64,000 nucleotides of DNA from Phoronis australis. Its lineage: Eukaryota > Animalia > Phoronida. The stretch's first letter is position 1, and each line of letters begins with the position of its first letter. The notes below the pieces were generated by a model that made no database searches, was not told the DNA's origin, and worked only from the letters and a program-made list of their open reading frames with translations. Of this stretch, positions 40,300 through 54,040 are shown one piece after another. The DNA lies in NCBI GenBank assembly GCA_002633005.1, contig NMRA01000735.1:1-64000 (forward strand). The letters run 5' to 3'. Position numbers and translations under genes: made by a program.

Positions 40300-43200
40300 T
40301 TTTTTTGTTTTATTCGGTTACTTATTATCATTTATAAAAAAGTACAAAAAACCAATAAGCAAATACATACATCCATTCATTGAGGCATGCACACGTCAGG
40401 AGAGACCATTTTCGTAACTCGTATCAAGCAAAAAACTTCTACATGGAGTTAACGTGAACAATAATATTTTCCCATTTCGCTGAGATGTCATACACAAAAG
40501 TTTTTATGTAGAAAAATCAAGTATTTCATTACTGGCCAATCTCAGCGTCTATATATTTACAAAGATTTCATATACAATTAATTTTTCACCATTAAAGCAC
40601 TCGTAAATGTACGTAACGAATTTGTGAAAATTAAGTATATTTTTGTAAATGTATTGCATTGCCAGTGCAAGCAAAATTCTAAAAAGAAAATCGTGAGTAT
40701 CATAAAGTCCCAAAACAACACGTTCACAAGAGAGACAGTTGTGAAGCTGAATGCGACACTTTTGAAGGAGCTTTCCGAATTCCTTCCAGAAGTTTGTACA
40801 AGACGACATTCCCTAAAAGATGTGACAGCGTCTCTGGCACTTTAATACAAAAGGAACATAAATTAGAATTCCGGACACGGATTTTGTTTTAACAGGTGCA
40901 TGTATTTATTTCAATAATCCTGTGTAGTATTCTAAATTCGTACTATCCAATGTTCGGATCCTTTGTCATTTCATAAGACTACACCCATATTTACTTTCAA
41001 TCTAAACTATCTCCTAACTTTGTTTCCCATTTACACTCAGACTTAGAAGGTTTCTTAACACCATTAAAAAAACTGAAGAAATATGTCTACTACCCTTCAA
41101 GTAATTGCTAAGGGCCTGCACGGAGAGTAGATATTAAAACTTTTAAATTTACTTTGAAATAAACTTTTTGAAACCTTCTTAGAACAAAAACACCGTTATA
41201 TTAAGTTGGTTTTTACATCTAATTTTCATATGGTTCAACTTTACGAAATCGCCGTCAGAGGTATACATATCTCTAATAAATCTTAAGCCTTTTACCCACC
41301 AAGGCTTATAAAAACACTTGAGCCTCCGATCGCCAAGTTACTATTAAACCACAAAGGTTGATTCAAAAAGTCGCCTTTACTCGCAACAATTATTTTCTGC
41401 TAGAAAGCTGTCATACTTCCATATACGTCGCGGAAGTTGGAATTACCAATTACAATTAAATTCGTTTTAATAATGTCATCTCCAAATGAGGCAAAATTCT
41501 TTAAGAAAAGGTAGAATGAGTAAGGTAATTCACCACTTTTATACACCGGGCTTTCAAGATAAGGCAATGGCGAGTTTTAAAGCTTTGCAGTAGTTTGTTT
41601 AATTTTATCATTACGAGCCTGTCACACAAATCTAAAAATTCTCGTATTCAATTTTACGGGTAGATTTGGTAAGCTTGGCAACAAAACTCAAGTTTAGAAA
41701 TAGCTAATGGTTTAAGTGCAGTTACTCTACCAAACGGCGTTAAATTTCATCGACACTTTTTAATAAAGACTTAATCTCAGTTATTGCTGCATTGAACTTC
41801 TTATGCGTAATACTATCCAATTGGGTGTCAAAATCCACCCAAAGAATCTAAAAGATTGCTTTTGTCTAAGACAGACTTTCTTTTGTAGGAATCACGTTAT
41901 CACAACCAGTTCTACTTCCAAACCATATGGCTTTTGTTTTATCCACATTCACATGGAGACCGGAGACACTAGCAAACAAATTTAGACCCTTCAATGTGCT
42001 AGTCAATGACAAGGTCGGTCCATCCAACGTAATTGATCTGTCGTCCGCATGTTGCAAAATCAAAAATTCATTTTTCCTGCAACTACAAAAGTAATCTTTC
42101 ATATTATTCTTGATTACATACGTCAAGATCTCCGCGCAAAATATGAAAATGTAGGGAGACAAAGGGTTACCTTGCCTACAGCCACTCGAAATATTGAAAC
42201 AGGAAAAGGGGTGACCATTTACTGCAACACAGGAGTGAATATTACTGTAAAAGTCTTTCACCCGCCTTCTGATCAACCAACCAAATTTAAGGAAATATGA
42301 TTTTTTAATAAAATTCTACAATAAAGAATGTAAAAATCAATCAGTAAAAGCCAGTCTGGTTTGTTGGCTGTCTGGGCGTAAAACATTAAATCAAATAGCA
42401 CGCGGATATTTTCGTTCATATTTCTTCCAGAAACGAAACCTGTCTGATCCTTACTGACTAGATTTCATTAAACGGATTTCAACCCTTCAACCACAGCCGA
42501 AGAAGCCAATTTATATGTCACATTGAGTAAGGATATGGGTTTCCAGCTATTCAAATAATGTTTACTTTTATCTGCTCCCTTAGGGTTGGATACACCAACC
42601 TTATCAAGAAGATTTTTTAAAGCAGTATTGTTAGAATGCGTATACTTGTATACATCTTCAAAATAAAATTTTTGTTCCTGAGTAACCTATTCTTCACTAT
42701 TGAATTTAGTATTGTCATACTTCCACAAAAATGCATGCAATTACTTTTGTAATTCCTATTTTCCAGGTAAAGAAAATATTTGTAAGGTTTTTCACTCTCT
42801 TCAATCCATCTTGCCGTCGACCCAGTCCTAATACCTCTAAACTTATTTTGCCTTAGCTCTGGAAGTCGATTATGTTTTGTTCCAGTAGTTCCCTATCAAG
42901 GCTTAGAATTTTTTCCAACAATGTTATTTCTTTGATAAAATGCTCTTTATCTCTACCACTTTTCTTTTTTAGTAAGTAGCAATGGAAACTATTTTGCCGC
43001 GAATCTCCAAGAACAACTTTTCAAGCAAAAGTTGATCCTTTATTGACACTTGTAAATCTGAATTACATGTACTATCAACTGTTATTTAACTAATTTAACA
43101 GTATCCTTGACTGCAGCAATATATTTAGAGTTTTTTAGGAGAGAGTTATTAAACTTCCAAAATGATTTCCTTTTCCTGGAACCATCACTTTGAAAAAAAA

Positions 43201-44150
43201 ACATTACCATTGAATGAACGGACCGGTAACCAAATTCTATTATGGAGTCGTCAATGTCGGCTAAAAGGTTTTCAGGTAATAGAAAAAATCTAGTCTGGAT
43301 CGTTTACTTCCAAATCCCCATGCGTATTCTTTACTATTGGGGTATAGTTCCCGCCACATATCAGCAATAGACAATTCTGTAAAAATCTCCATCAACTTAT
43401 TCCGTGACTTCGGGTAATGAACCTGTCGATAATTAAGCGTTTCCTTAGAGCAAGATTAAAATCGCCTACCCAAATAACAGAGTAATTTCCTATATCTTTA
43501 ATATCTTGTTTTATTCTTTCAAAAAGACGGCGAGTCCCTATTTGGATAATACGTATGAATTAACGTTACTCTTGTCTCATTAATAGTAATACCCAAAATA
43601 AGTTTATTACCCTTGTAATCGTGCCTAATGTTATATAATTTATACTCAGAAATGTTCCTAAAGTGGATCGCCACTCCGCGGGAGTATGAGGTATTTGAAT
43701 TGAAAAAAAAAATCATCTCTCCCACATTGATCTAATATTCTTCGCTGAGTAAAGTGTGTGTTTTGTTGGCAATAAATGGAGTACTGTTTTTCTCCAACAT
43801 GTACATGAAAGTATCTGAGAACATCTTTTCGTTTTTCGCGGAGACCCTGCCCTCTGCAGTTCAGTGAGGTTACTTTAAATTCACCTGTCATTAACGGTTA
43901 TGCATACACTGTATATATCAAATGGCAATCAAAAATAGTGGTACAGTCCTAACTCATTCACACGACATACACACAGAACAAAAGAAAAACAATACAAACA
44001 CACCCACAAGCACATCGTAGATTTCACGGAGTACAACATCCATACAGGATAGAAAACAAACGGAGCCTGATCCTCATGGTGAGGCTTATTCTCCCAGTAT
44101 TTTTGATAATGAGGCTATAATAACATTTAGAAACATTGCCCACATGGTTC
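40300..44150 (-). mobile_element. Degenerate L1/Tx1 LINE with near-complete ORF2
   Basis: Endonuclease start VTSLNCRG...KRKDV...IYCQQNTH (43891), YYPNRDSP, RT GCRQGNPLSPYIF...QHADD...SGLHVNVDKTK (41866-42276), Cys region near 40800, A-rich tail near 40300. Confidence 0.92.
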
Positions 44151-44755
44151 TCATAAAAAACAAGTAGAACAAAGGATCAGTGCATTTCTATAAAGTGATT
44201 TGACTCTATTCACCTATTTCACGAAAGCGCCATCTTCCCGCGCCATCTTTAAATACTGATCGAAAACGAGGCACACTGATAAAACCTCGTGAGCGGTCGT
44301 CAGCTGGCCTTGATGGTGTACTGTGCAATGCCTGAACGTACAAATTCCAACTCGTCGGTATCTTTCGTATAGATATACTTAGCCACTCGTGCAGTCGCCA
44401 ATGCGAGTAAAAATGATGCTGGGCGAGTAGAAGTTGACTTGCCGGTCGCCCAGGTGGCGAGCGAATTTCAAAGCGCAAAAGCATATCGTTTCCCAGATGA
44501 ATATGAATAATTTTCCTCCTCCTTGTGCTGTTTTTACCATGAATTCAAGGTTCAGTTTGGTCATCGTGTCGATGCTCCGGCAGTAAAAAACATCGGCGCA
44601 GTGCGACCCTACCGATTCAGTACATGTCACCCGTTACGCGATTCGTCAAAAAAATCACCGTGTGTGGTCATGCACAAAGAATTTGTGGACTAGTCTGAAA
44701 CGAAGAAAAGGGGAGAAAGGTGGAAGACCGGTCCATGTGCTCATAGCAAATGAAA

Positions 44756-46030
44756 TACCATATTTCTTGGAAGTGATTCCTTTTTGTAATGTACAATGTC
44801 ATTTTAGCCAAAATTATTTTATAACATAAGCGCCCATGCCCCTATAAGCGTCCCCACTGGTTTCCAGACTTCGATAAAATAAGCGCCCAGTCCATGAATG
44901 TGTACATATTTGTGCGCAAAATGTCTTACCTCACAGTTCTAAAATTCTCCAGTAATGTATTCAAATAATCAATAATATCCGACAGTTCTGAAAAATCATT
45001 GTGCGCGGAACTTCTAGTAGAGCACGAGTCTCGCCCTTATGTCGGTATTTAGCCGTGGCTGTTTGGTACACCGTGCTTCAAACCGTTCCGCAGTGCTTCA
45101 AAAAGAACGCAAAAGATTTGCTGATCTTGCGAGGAAAGTGTTAATTACACAATATGGTCTGGCCCTGCGAAGAGACGCAGCGTACTGGTCAACGGAATTG
45201 GTATTGTATCTTTCCCGTACAGATTTTCTCCCACAACAGGAATCCAGATTGCTTTGTACACGTAAAATTATAAAAACCGCGAATCAAAACTTGGCCAAGA
45301 AGCGCGCGCTAGGGCGTACATGTGGGCCTGCTCAATGAGATAAATATAACTACTTATAAAGCTCATTGGGCCTGCTACTCTGGCAAATGAACTCTGATGA
45401 CACGCACGCGCTCGCTCACTCGGTGCACACCTGTTGACTCACTTCAATACAAACGTCCCGTGACAACAACATATGTGTTCGTCCAGATTTTTCTCGTTGC
45501 CGGGTGCGATCTAGCGCAGATTTTGACTTAATCTGCGGTTAATCCCGACTCCGAGTCCACAGGAACTTAAGAATCTTAGGAAAGGCTATTTCGAAAACTT
45601 AAGGAGGATTTGAGGTAATTTGAGTTGAAACTATTTTTACTCAAGAATTCAAGCTGTCCTATCGACGAAGCAGCGACGCATCAGTCGGCAAGTTTTCGCC
45701 CTGGGATTTCAGCACATTTTTTTAAAGATTAACAACAGAGTTTGATAGCAACGCACCACAGTTTTGTAGAAAGTCTGTCATAGGTTACACATACGTCACA
45801 GCGGAGACCGGGCGTGCGTTCACTAGACGCTAGGACCTACGCTAGGACCTAGCTAAAACCTAGCCAAAGTCACGTGTTCTCATTTAAAATACACGGCAGT
45901 ATTTCACGTAATCTCGCAAAGTCTTGCTTCTTAGCGAGGTCCTAGCGCTACTGAACGGGAGGCGGGTTTTAACTGCCGTAGGCTACAAAAAGCGTCCCCC
46001 TGGGCGCTAATTATTAGGGCAAATACGGTA
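44756..46030. mobile_element. Non-autonomous Tc1/mariner-pogo-like element carrying a nested MITE
   Basis: TA-CCATATTT ... AAATACGG-TA ends. Subterminal taagcgccc motifs at both ends. Confidence 0.6.
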
Positions 46031-47094
46031 GCCCTAATGGTGACATCAGTGCACGAGACGATGATTTTTATTTAAAGTATTAGCAAGTTTGTTGTGGTGA
46101 CTGGCGCCAACGGCCGGGTGACTGAACTTCGGGTGAGTAGATTTTCTGGCTCCGGCACTCGCCCAGCTGGAGAGCAGGATTTTTCAAGACTAAAAGCCTG
46201 GTAAATCCCTGACTTCCACACTTTTCCAAAAAAGGGAAAACTACGGAAGAATGGATGAGGAGGGTAAAAGTCTAGTTGGCGTGCGTATTTGGAGATCGAT
46301 TCAACATCAGACAACTTAATTTTTGCTAACGTTGACAAGTCTTTTGACCACACCACCTTGCATGTTTGTCAAGGCGCCTCGTTTTCGATCAACATGACAG
46401 CAACGCCGCGCGTTCGTGAAATAGGTGAATAGTATGCGTCTGTTAATTGTCGGGAGACGAGCACGGAGCAAACAGATCACACAAATTAATAATAAGTTTG
46501 CTTGTACTCTGTGCCTACACGCAATACAGAGCCCTCTCATAAATAGCCCCCCAGATAGATTGCTCAGCTTATACCAAAATAGTACAACATAGAACAGCAA
46601 CAACAATAAAACTACCTGACACGGTTGTCACAAACTTTGGCATAACCTGAGAAGCAGGAACTGTATAGGTCAGCTGTGAAGACGATATGTTGGTCACAAC
46701 TTTGTTATAACATGAAGGAAAAATAGGCTAATCATCATATACATGCACTGTAGTAATGGTAAGTTATTTTTTTGTAAGTGATAGTTGAGCTGGCAGCTCA
46801 AGTTAAGGTTTTGAAATATCAGAACGATTTGATGAATTACATGTAACTTCTGCTCCATTCAGTTGTTCAGTCCTTGAAGTTACTCCTCAGCCCACTTGTG
46901 GCAGACAGTTCATCACCTCTTTGGTACATGTATCTGTCTTTTCTGGCCCATACAAAGGATGTCTACAACATCGCCTTTTTAGACTTCAACAGCATTACAT
47001 GAACGATTCTTTAATATGGTACCAGTTGGGTTTTGAAAATGATCAAGATTCAAACTCGCAGCCAACGACATCCACGGGAGAAAGAAGAGCGGAT

Positions 47095-47199
47095 GAAAGT
47101 GGTTTGACATATTTTTATTTTGACTTCAAATGGTCGCCAGTAAATATGTTTAACTAGGTAAATTCCAAAAGTCGACCATGCCTTTGACCAACCAATTTC
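47095..47199 (-). other. Predicted 3'-UTR terminal exon of gene B
   Basis: Acceptor cattttcag at 47200 and AATAAA at 47114-47119. Collinear with 6195-6298. Confidence 0.6.
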
Positions 47200-48773
47200 C
47201 TGAAAATGAAGTCCAAAGCGGTAATTATGTAATTACAGTCATCATAAACTAAGACACAAAATGAAAGACACTTGTGTTGTGGAGATTGAGCTACAACAGT
47301 AGAGTGAAAAAATCTCAAAATACAAATTATTCGTGTAGTTTTAGTTCGAAGAATAGATTTCTGACGACAACAGTGTGAAAATGTTCCAATGGGTACAAAT
47401 CATATGTTGCGGCCTTTTGAACATACTGCAAAATAATTTCCCCCACCTACATGTAACTGAGTTGCCTGGCTCCTTCTATTGATGACTGACCGGTTCACGC
47501 GCAAGGTTCGTCGTAATCAGCCGATTTTCAAAGACAAAAACTGCAATAGCTTCTCTATGAATGAAAAGGAGACGTCAGACTCAAGGCTTGAGTTATTTCA
47601 CCCGTGCTCCATAGACTTGCAGCTGTAGTCTAAGAACACTGGGAGAGGGCGACGAAATTTTCGCGCAAAATAGATATTCAACAATGCCCAGCAGGAGGAG
47701 CCACTCGGCTTTACCACGTCGGGACAATACTTTCTCAGAACCTTCCAAAAGATCGTATTTTTTCACCAATTTTTTAAACTGGATATGTGCCCTGTAATCA
47801 CCGCCGTCTTAAATGTCCCCATCTTTGTAAAAACGCTAACGTTTAAATTGATGAACATATATTTTTAAAAAATACATGTAGCAATAACTGCTAAAGTTAA
47901 CTTATTCACAATTCCTAAACGTGGAGTACACTCTCGATTTTTGGCTTAGTAACAAAACTAAAACTCTGCATTAAATTTAGGAAGATCAGTTGAGTCTCAT
48001 CTTGGGTCAGTTTCATAGAGGCAACCGGGCATTTGTCCCGAATAATTTTTCATTATCATCTTGTAATCGCCACCTTCCTGTTTAAGAAGCATCGACTAGA
48101 TTTTGCCTCACACGTTACATGTACGTGGTATCATAAAAGGATAGGACAATACCTGTCTTGCGGCAGGATCAATTTAGCCAAAATCACGCGTTTTTATTTA
48201 CAATGCACGGCACTATCTCGCGTAATTTCGTGCAGTCGTGGTTTTCCAGGGAGGTCCCAACAACACTGAACTCGTTCCATTATTGGGAAAGCAGAAAACA
48301 AACCCTTTTGTCGTATTATTAAGTTTTAAAAGGATCTTGGTTAGATTAAAATTCATAATAGGTCCTGGCCGATGTTTTTGAGAATTGATACGGCATGCAT
48401 GTACATGTACGTTTACACTTTTCGAAGTCACATGATATACGCTAAAGTGGTACATGATTTTCCAGCCCCGACAATTCAATGACACGGTAGTACCGCTCCG
48501 ATCATGAGGGGACGATTGTACATTCTCGGTGAGTTTATGCAGATGGTCACAGCTCAGAACCAAACCACTCGCCACTAAGGTGGTGATTTTATATATTTAA
48601 GTTACCACAAAATGTTGTTAAGTACGTTTGTGTAGCTTTTGGAACACAATCGCCAAATGGGCTCATTTCTTCTTTAAACAATGAGGCGCAGTTTTCAAAA
48701 AACCTTTAGTCGCAGACCAAAACAACGTATAACCATTCCAGTTGAATTTGTAAAATTTTATACATGTACGTAC

Positions 48774-48886
48774 CTATCCTATGCACATACAAGTTGACCC
48801 ACGGCACGTACCGACACCCTTGCCCGAAAATAAGCATGAAAGATAGCAACTCCCACCTGAGCATCTGCGGGATCTTTGCAGTGCAT
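48774..48886 (-). CDS. Defensin-like gene B, coding exon 2 (propeptide end + mature 6-Cys peptide)
   Basis: Acceptor cctctatttcag, phase 1. Reads (D)ALQRSRR-CSGGSCYLSCLFSGKGVGTCRGSTCMCIG*. TAG is followed directly by GTACGT. 113 nt. Confidence 0.92.
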
Positions 48887-50169
48887 CTGAAATAGAGGAC
48901 ACTATTCACTTGTAAAATGCAGTTGTACTTCATTCTCACAATTCTAAAGGTAAACGCGACTGTATCCGTGGCCAATGTCTGGGGGGAGGTAGACGTTCTA
49001 ATGACACGAGTACAATGTATAAGGTGACGGAAACATAAACCCTGTTGTTGCATAACAAGTGTTAGAGAAGGGGCGTGTTCCGGGGGGGAGGGTTGTTCCC
49101 GGACGAAAAGACTAAGGCACGTGGAGCAGAACTATAAAAAGTCCATGCGCGACTTTATTAATGAAGAACTTTTTGAATACTTATCTTAAAATCCGTTTTG
49201 AAACGTAACGCTTTTTGTAATCTCTTCGTCTTCTGGTGTAGGCCATTCAGCAGTTTATTTTGCAGACTGTTTAAGTGGGGTAAGTCAACAAGCTGGATTG
49301 GGTAGGATTTTTGTGCGTGCTCTCCGGTATGGCATTGTGACTAGCAAAGGCTGGTGCCGTCACGCTGTATTCGATTCTTGGTGTACGTAGATGAAACCGA
49401 TGCATTGGTGGGTTGAACGCTTTGATTGTAACATCACAAAAAATAAGGTAGTAAACTGTGTACCGCTTGCAATCCGCAGAATACGTTCATATCATTTTGA
49501 TAAATATACCGTTTCACTTTTGAATTTCGATGTTGAAATCAAGCTGATTTACCGTGAGCTCTACTTAGTAAACTGGCAATTACTTTGGGTCCTCCGGTTT
49601 AATAAATCGTCAGTCGATTGGTTTGATTTTTGTTACTACTCAGATTAATCGTTTCGTGAAATTACACCATATAACACTTCCTGTTTCTATGGTCAGGATG
49701 TCGGCAATAAGTATTATTTTTTACCTTAGAGAACACGATTACTATATTATCTTTAATTGAAGATGGCTTGAAAGCTTTCCATTTTTGACCCGGCGAAGTA
49801 TCAGCCAATATAGACTGTCAGTGATAATTGGCAACTTCGTAATCAGAATTTAATTTTGTGAGAATGTACTTTCCTTAAAATTATTTATTTTTATTCTTTC
49901 TTATGCCCGCAGTTCTTTCAGTCACCGAAAAGTGGCGCTTTGAACTACTTGATTACCAATCTAACCAATATGATCCCACATAAGCTATGGCGGCATGGGG
50001 TTATTGATTCCCCCCTTTTTGTGCAACCAACCCGGAAACTGAAACTTCAAGGGGATGGAGTGAGAGAATTGGTAACTACAAGGTAAATATATACTCACAA
50101 CAGTACAATTTGATAACAAATTAGTCAATTTTATGTCCTATATAATACCTTAAACTTAGCTATGTATAA

Positions 50170-51950
50170 ACTTGATTAAAAAGTCGAGGAGGATGTGGGT
50201 GTACGTTTCAGAAAATACATACAAAACAAATATATGTCTACATATATATTCAAACTGGGTTCAAATGTCGAAATCACCAATAAGGATTTAAGATAAACCT
50301 GAGACCAAACTCAGTGCCCAAAAGTGAATGAAACTATATGAAAAACTTATCTCCTGAAGAGTAACCCGCACAAGAAGGTGCAGCAACACATTCATAACGG
50401 AAAAAATACACAAACTCAATGCCAAAAATTCTCACTTACTGCTTGCAAAAAGTGTTTAAGTAAGGTGAACTTTGAATACCATTCACAAAAAGGCCAAATG
50501 ACTAAGTACATGTAGGCACACCCTTTGAGAAAACACACAAAGGGTCAGTACTACGAGTAAAGCGTATTAATGTACAATACGACTTGGAGCGAACTTACAG
50601 TAGGATTGAAGTCATACATGTACATATAAGCCAGTCTAATGGTTTTTAATAACTTATTTCGTTACTACATGTACATGCAAATTACAACAACTGTTGGTAT
50701 TCAGAGACTTAGAAACTCCTCTGCTCTCGAGAGGTATATCGACATGCAACGCTTAGGGTCCACAATTTTGGTCTTAGAAATCCTAGATTAAAAAGTGACT
50801 GAGTGTTTTTCGCTTGGAAGGTAAATGTCATATGAATGGCAGGCCTGTTTTTTGGACAAATGCTGAGCTTTCACCTAAATATAAGTCTTTGCAGCTTCTG
50901 AAAGACATAATGGAAATAATAAAATAAGTTTTCCGAGAGATATTTTATTTTTGATTTCATCCCAAGGAGCACCTTTCAAGGCCATAAAACAAGAAATAAG
51001 CCTTGATCAGGAAAAGTTTCTCAAGAGGTAACCCATTGCAGGTGCCTCTTAACAGCCTACCGACGCAAGGATGCTACCTCACTGGGAATGTACTCAGTGG
51101 TAATAATACAGCAGATAACATTGACCGATACCCTGCCCAAGTAATGTTAGCAGTTCTCGATGAACCTTGTAAGGTAGGAACATTCAGACAATCATTCAAA
51201 AGAACCCGTAAAATGGTTAAATTGTTGTTTGACACATTGGTTACTGAAACACCTAAATTTTGACCTGAAGTAATGGTATGTACATGTACTTGGGTTATGC
51301 AAAATGCGACCCCCCTAACAAAACTAGAAAGTCTCGAGTCGTATTGTGAAGTTTCAATAAGCGCAGAGATGAATGATTTAGACTCGCCACTCGGTCTGCA
51401 ATAGGAAAAACCAGAACTTTGCCTTATCGAAACAGACCCCAATATAAGACACAATGTGAAATTGAGCAAGAGCAGACTTGTCTAAACTTGCTATAAAGCC
51501 TAGATCTAACAAGAAGTCCACAGAAAAACACGTGTCGGCAAGGAGATTGGTTCTGGAATCATCGACCATTCGTCAAGATACGTCACTAGGCGAACACTGT
51601 GTCAACGCAGAGAGACTGTGACAACACTGATTATTTTGCAAAAACCTCTCAGTGCCACCGGAGGACCAAAAGACATGAAATAAAATTACTTTGCAAAAAA
51701 CTCTTAGTGCCACCGGAGGACCAAAACACATGGACTAAAATTGTAAACTTGGGAATCGAAGGTTAACATTAAACACTGACGACGAGGCTTCTGAATTTAT
51801 GTGTGAAAAGAAGCATCTTTCAGTGCCAAAGACAGGCCTCAATCTCATCTTCGAACTAAATTCAACATTAAGCAGGCTTCGAAGAAGAAGCAAACGAAGT
51901 GGAAGGCCGGTATGTATACATGAACAGGTAGCGACTCCACCACTCTGTCC
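50170..51950 (-). mobile_element. DIRS-type tyrosine-recombinase retrotransposon remnant
   Basis: TYLDEW (YLDDW-like) near 51575, then LLDLGFIASLDKS...YIGVCFD (RT C-terminus), and DPKRCMSIYLSR near 50730-50765 (CPVRAL..YL.R-like YR segment). Absent from unit A. Confidence 0.7.
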
Positions 51951-52083
51951 AAATCTGGGAGCCTGGGTTCAGTGTGAAACGAGACATCGCCACGCATTGC
52001 AAGCACTGCCCGTGATCACTTTAGCTGTACTTGTGAAATTCGTGCGGAACTCGGTCCATGACACTGACAGTTATTTTTCTCAC

Positions 52084-52165
52084 CTTCGTCTTCGCCATCT
52101 ACCGGCAGCGCCTGGAGGCAGCCCACAGCCAGCATCAGTACAAAGAATACCACCAAGCACTTCAT
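52084..52165 (-). CDS. Defensin-like gene B, coding exon 1 (signal peptide + acidic propeptide)
   Basis: ATG at 52165. Reads MKCLVVFFVLMLAVGCLQALPVDGEDE+G with donor GTGAG. Acceptor ttgaattacag puts the exon start at 52178. Confidence 0.93.
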
Positions 52166-53409
52166 GACTTCTAGGTTTCTGTAATTCAATGTCAGACCAA
52201 GTTAAGGAGACACAAATAAATAACAGATGAAACAAGTGCATGAGATTTCAGTCTCAACCAAAATTTGCAATTACCCTTTCTTATTATCAACTACAAATAG
52301 AAACAAAGCGAGATCTTTTGCACAATATGCGCCTCCTAGGTTGCCTGTGTAACACAAGATCTGCAGCCCAATCATTTCTAGGTACAGTTAAAGAGTCAAG
52401 TATCTGGACGTGTCTCTTTGAGAACTGCCTAACACCGTTTTGTGAATTGTGGATTTCATAAACGTCTTCAAATTAACAACCGAAAGTACATAGGAAATGC
52501 TTATCTTAGGTTTCATATTGAGTTGCCATGATAAACAAGTCAAAGAATTGATGTGGTCACCTGTGAGTTTCTTTACCTAAGGTAGTCGATTTATTCAGTA
52601 CAATTTTTGATTACTTACAGTGTATGAGCAAATGGTATTTAAAGCTGCTGATGTATAGTAAAGTTTGACATAGAATGAAATTCTGAACAATCACGACTAA
52701 ATATCAAAAATTACTACGTGATTTATGCCGGTCTAAAATTATCTTTTAGGAAGTTGGTATCTAGGGGGCCTTTTCACGCAGGTTGAAGAAATTTTGACTG
52801 TTTTATGCCAATTTGCCCCACCTGGTGGCAGCCAGTGAAACCTCAGGATTCCATTGATTCAAATCGGCGGCGGTTGGGGCGGGATCCGGTGTTATGAGTC
52901 ATCCCCAATAGGAATAATATCTAAGATGTCTTAAAAAACCTGCTAATTTTGCACAATTTAATCTGGTGTTGTCCAGTATAGAAAGTGACACTGAGTGCAT
53001 TGGATACTGACTACCAATGAAGTTTTGAGACCGTTAACCGAATGACAGACAACCAAGACATTACAATGTGCTGCATTTCCGCTATAACAGCCACAATTAG
53101 ATAATGGAGACACAATTTCCTAGAGTTTAATACGATACGACGAGACTTGTTCTTGACGCTGTATTGTTGTAACGGATGACGATGTGTGTCTCGTTCGATG
53201 TACAGTATACATGAAGTTCTTAAGCTTTAAAACCATACATGTACACTGAGATTCGCGTTTTAGACCGGGATCCCAGATGTCTTTTGGCATGAAAAGGTAA
53301 TCAGTGGTACCTTGATACCACAGTGATCCATGGATATCGCAAAGCTAGGAAATAGCCATCTGACATGTTTGGTCTGGTGCATGTGTTCGGGAGGCATGAC
53401 AATAACACT

Positions 53410-54040
53410 CGAAAATGTATCGTTCTAATGGGTTACAATATAGCGCGGGTCTCATCCCACTAGCTGTATCGTTTTAGAGTTTCAACGATACATCAAGATT
53501 TGCGTTTTTCACACTGTGTCGTTTTCAAAATAACAGCGTTACTGCTAGCGTTCATTTCGTTGTATTTGCTGTATCGTCATTAGGCTTTAAAACGATACAA
53601 CACGATGCGATCAGTTTGTCAGGCTGTATCGATCTAAGAGGTTGCAACGTTAAAGCGCGGGTCTGGTTCAACTCGCTGAAGTATACATGCAGTTCTAGAC
53701 TTTTATAGGATACAGCGAGACTAAAGTTTATCACGCTGTATCGTTCAAAGGGTTACAACGTACGACCGTGCATCTCCTTCAAATTGCTGTATTATTGTTC
53801 TTGGGCTTACAAACGATGCCGCGAAATGCGCGGTTGTCACGCAGTATCGTGTTTAGAGATTACAACGTAAAAGCGTGCGTGTCGTTCCACTGGTTTCATC
53901 GTTGTTGGTTACAGTATTTCGTTCTACATTAGGTGCTATAACGCTAAAGTGTCCTTCTCATTATTCGCTGTATCATTTAGGCACTTCAACACCACACAAC
54001 GGGACGCGTGTTTGTCTCCCTGTATCGTTAACGGTTATAT
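53410..54040. repeat. Degenerate ~105-bp tandem array with internal inverted repeat; shorter version at 30790-30940
   Basis: Recurring acgatacagcg ... cgctgtatcgtt ... ttacaacg. Confidence 0.65.

Noticed and set aside
46072-46356. THAP-like FHTFPK (plus strand) and WSKDL (minus strand) snippets suggesting an ISL2EU-type remnant
   Set aside because: Too short and degenerate to support a family call.
48706-49053. 115-aa minus-strand ORF overlapping the mature-peptide exon of gene B
   Set aside because: Different frame from the spliced peptide, not conserved in unit A, and no recognisable motif.
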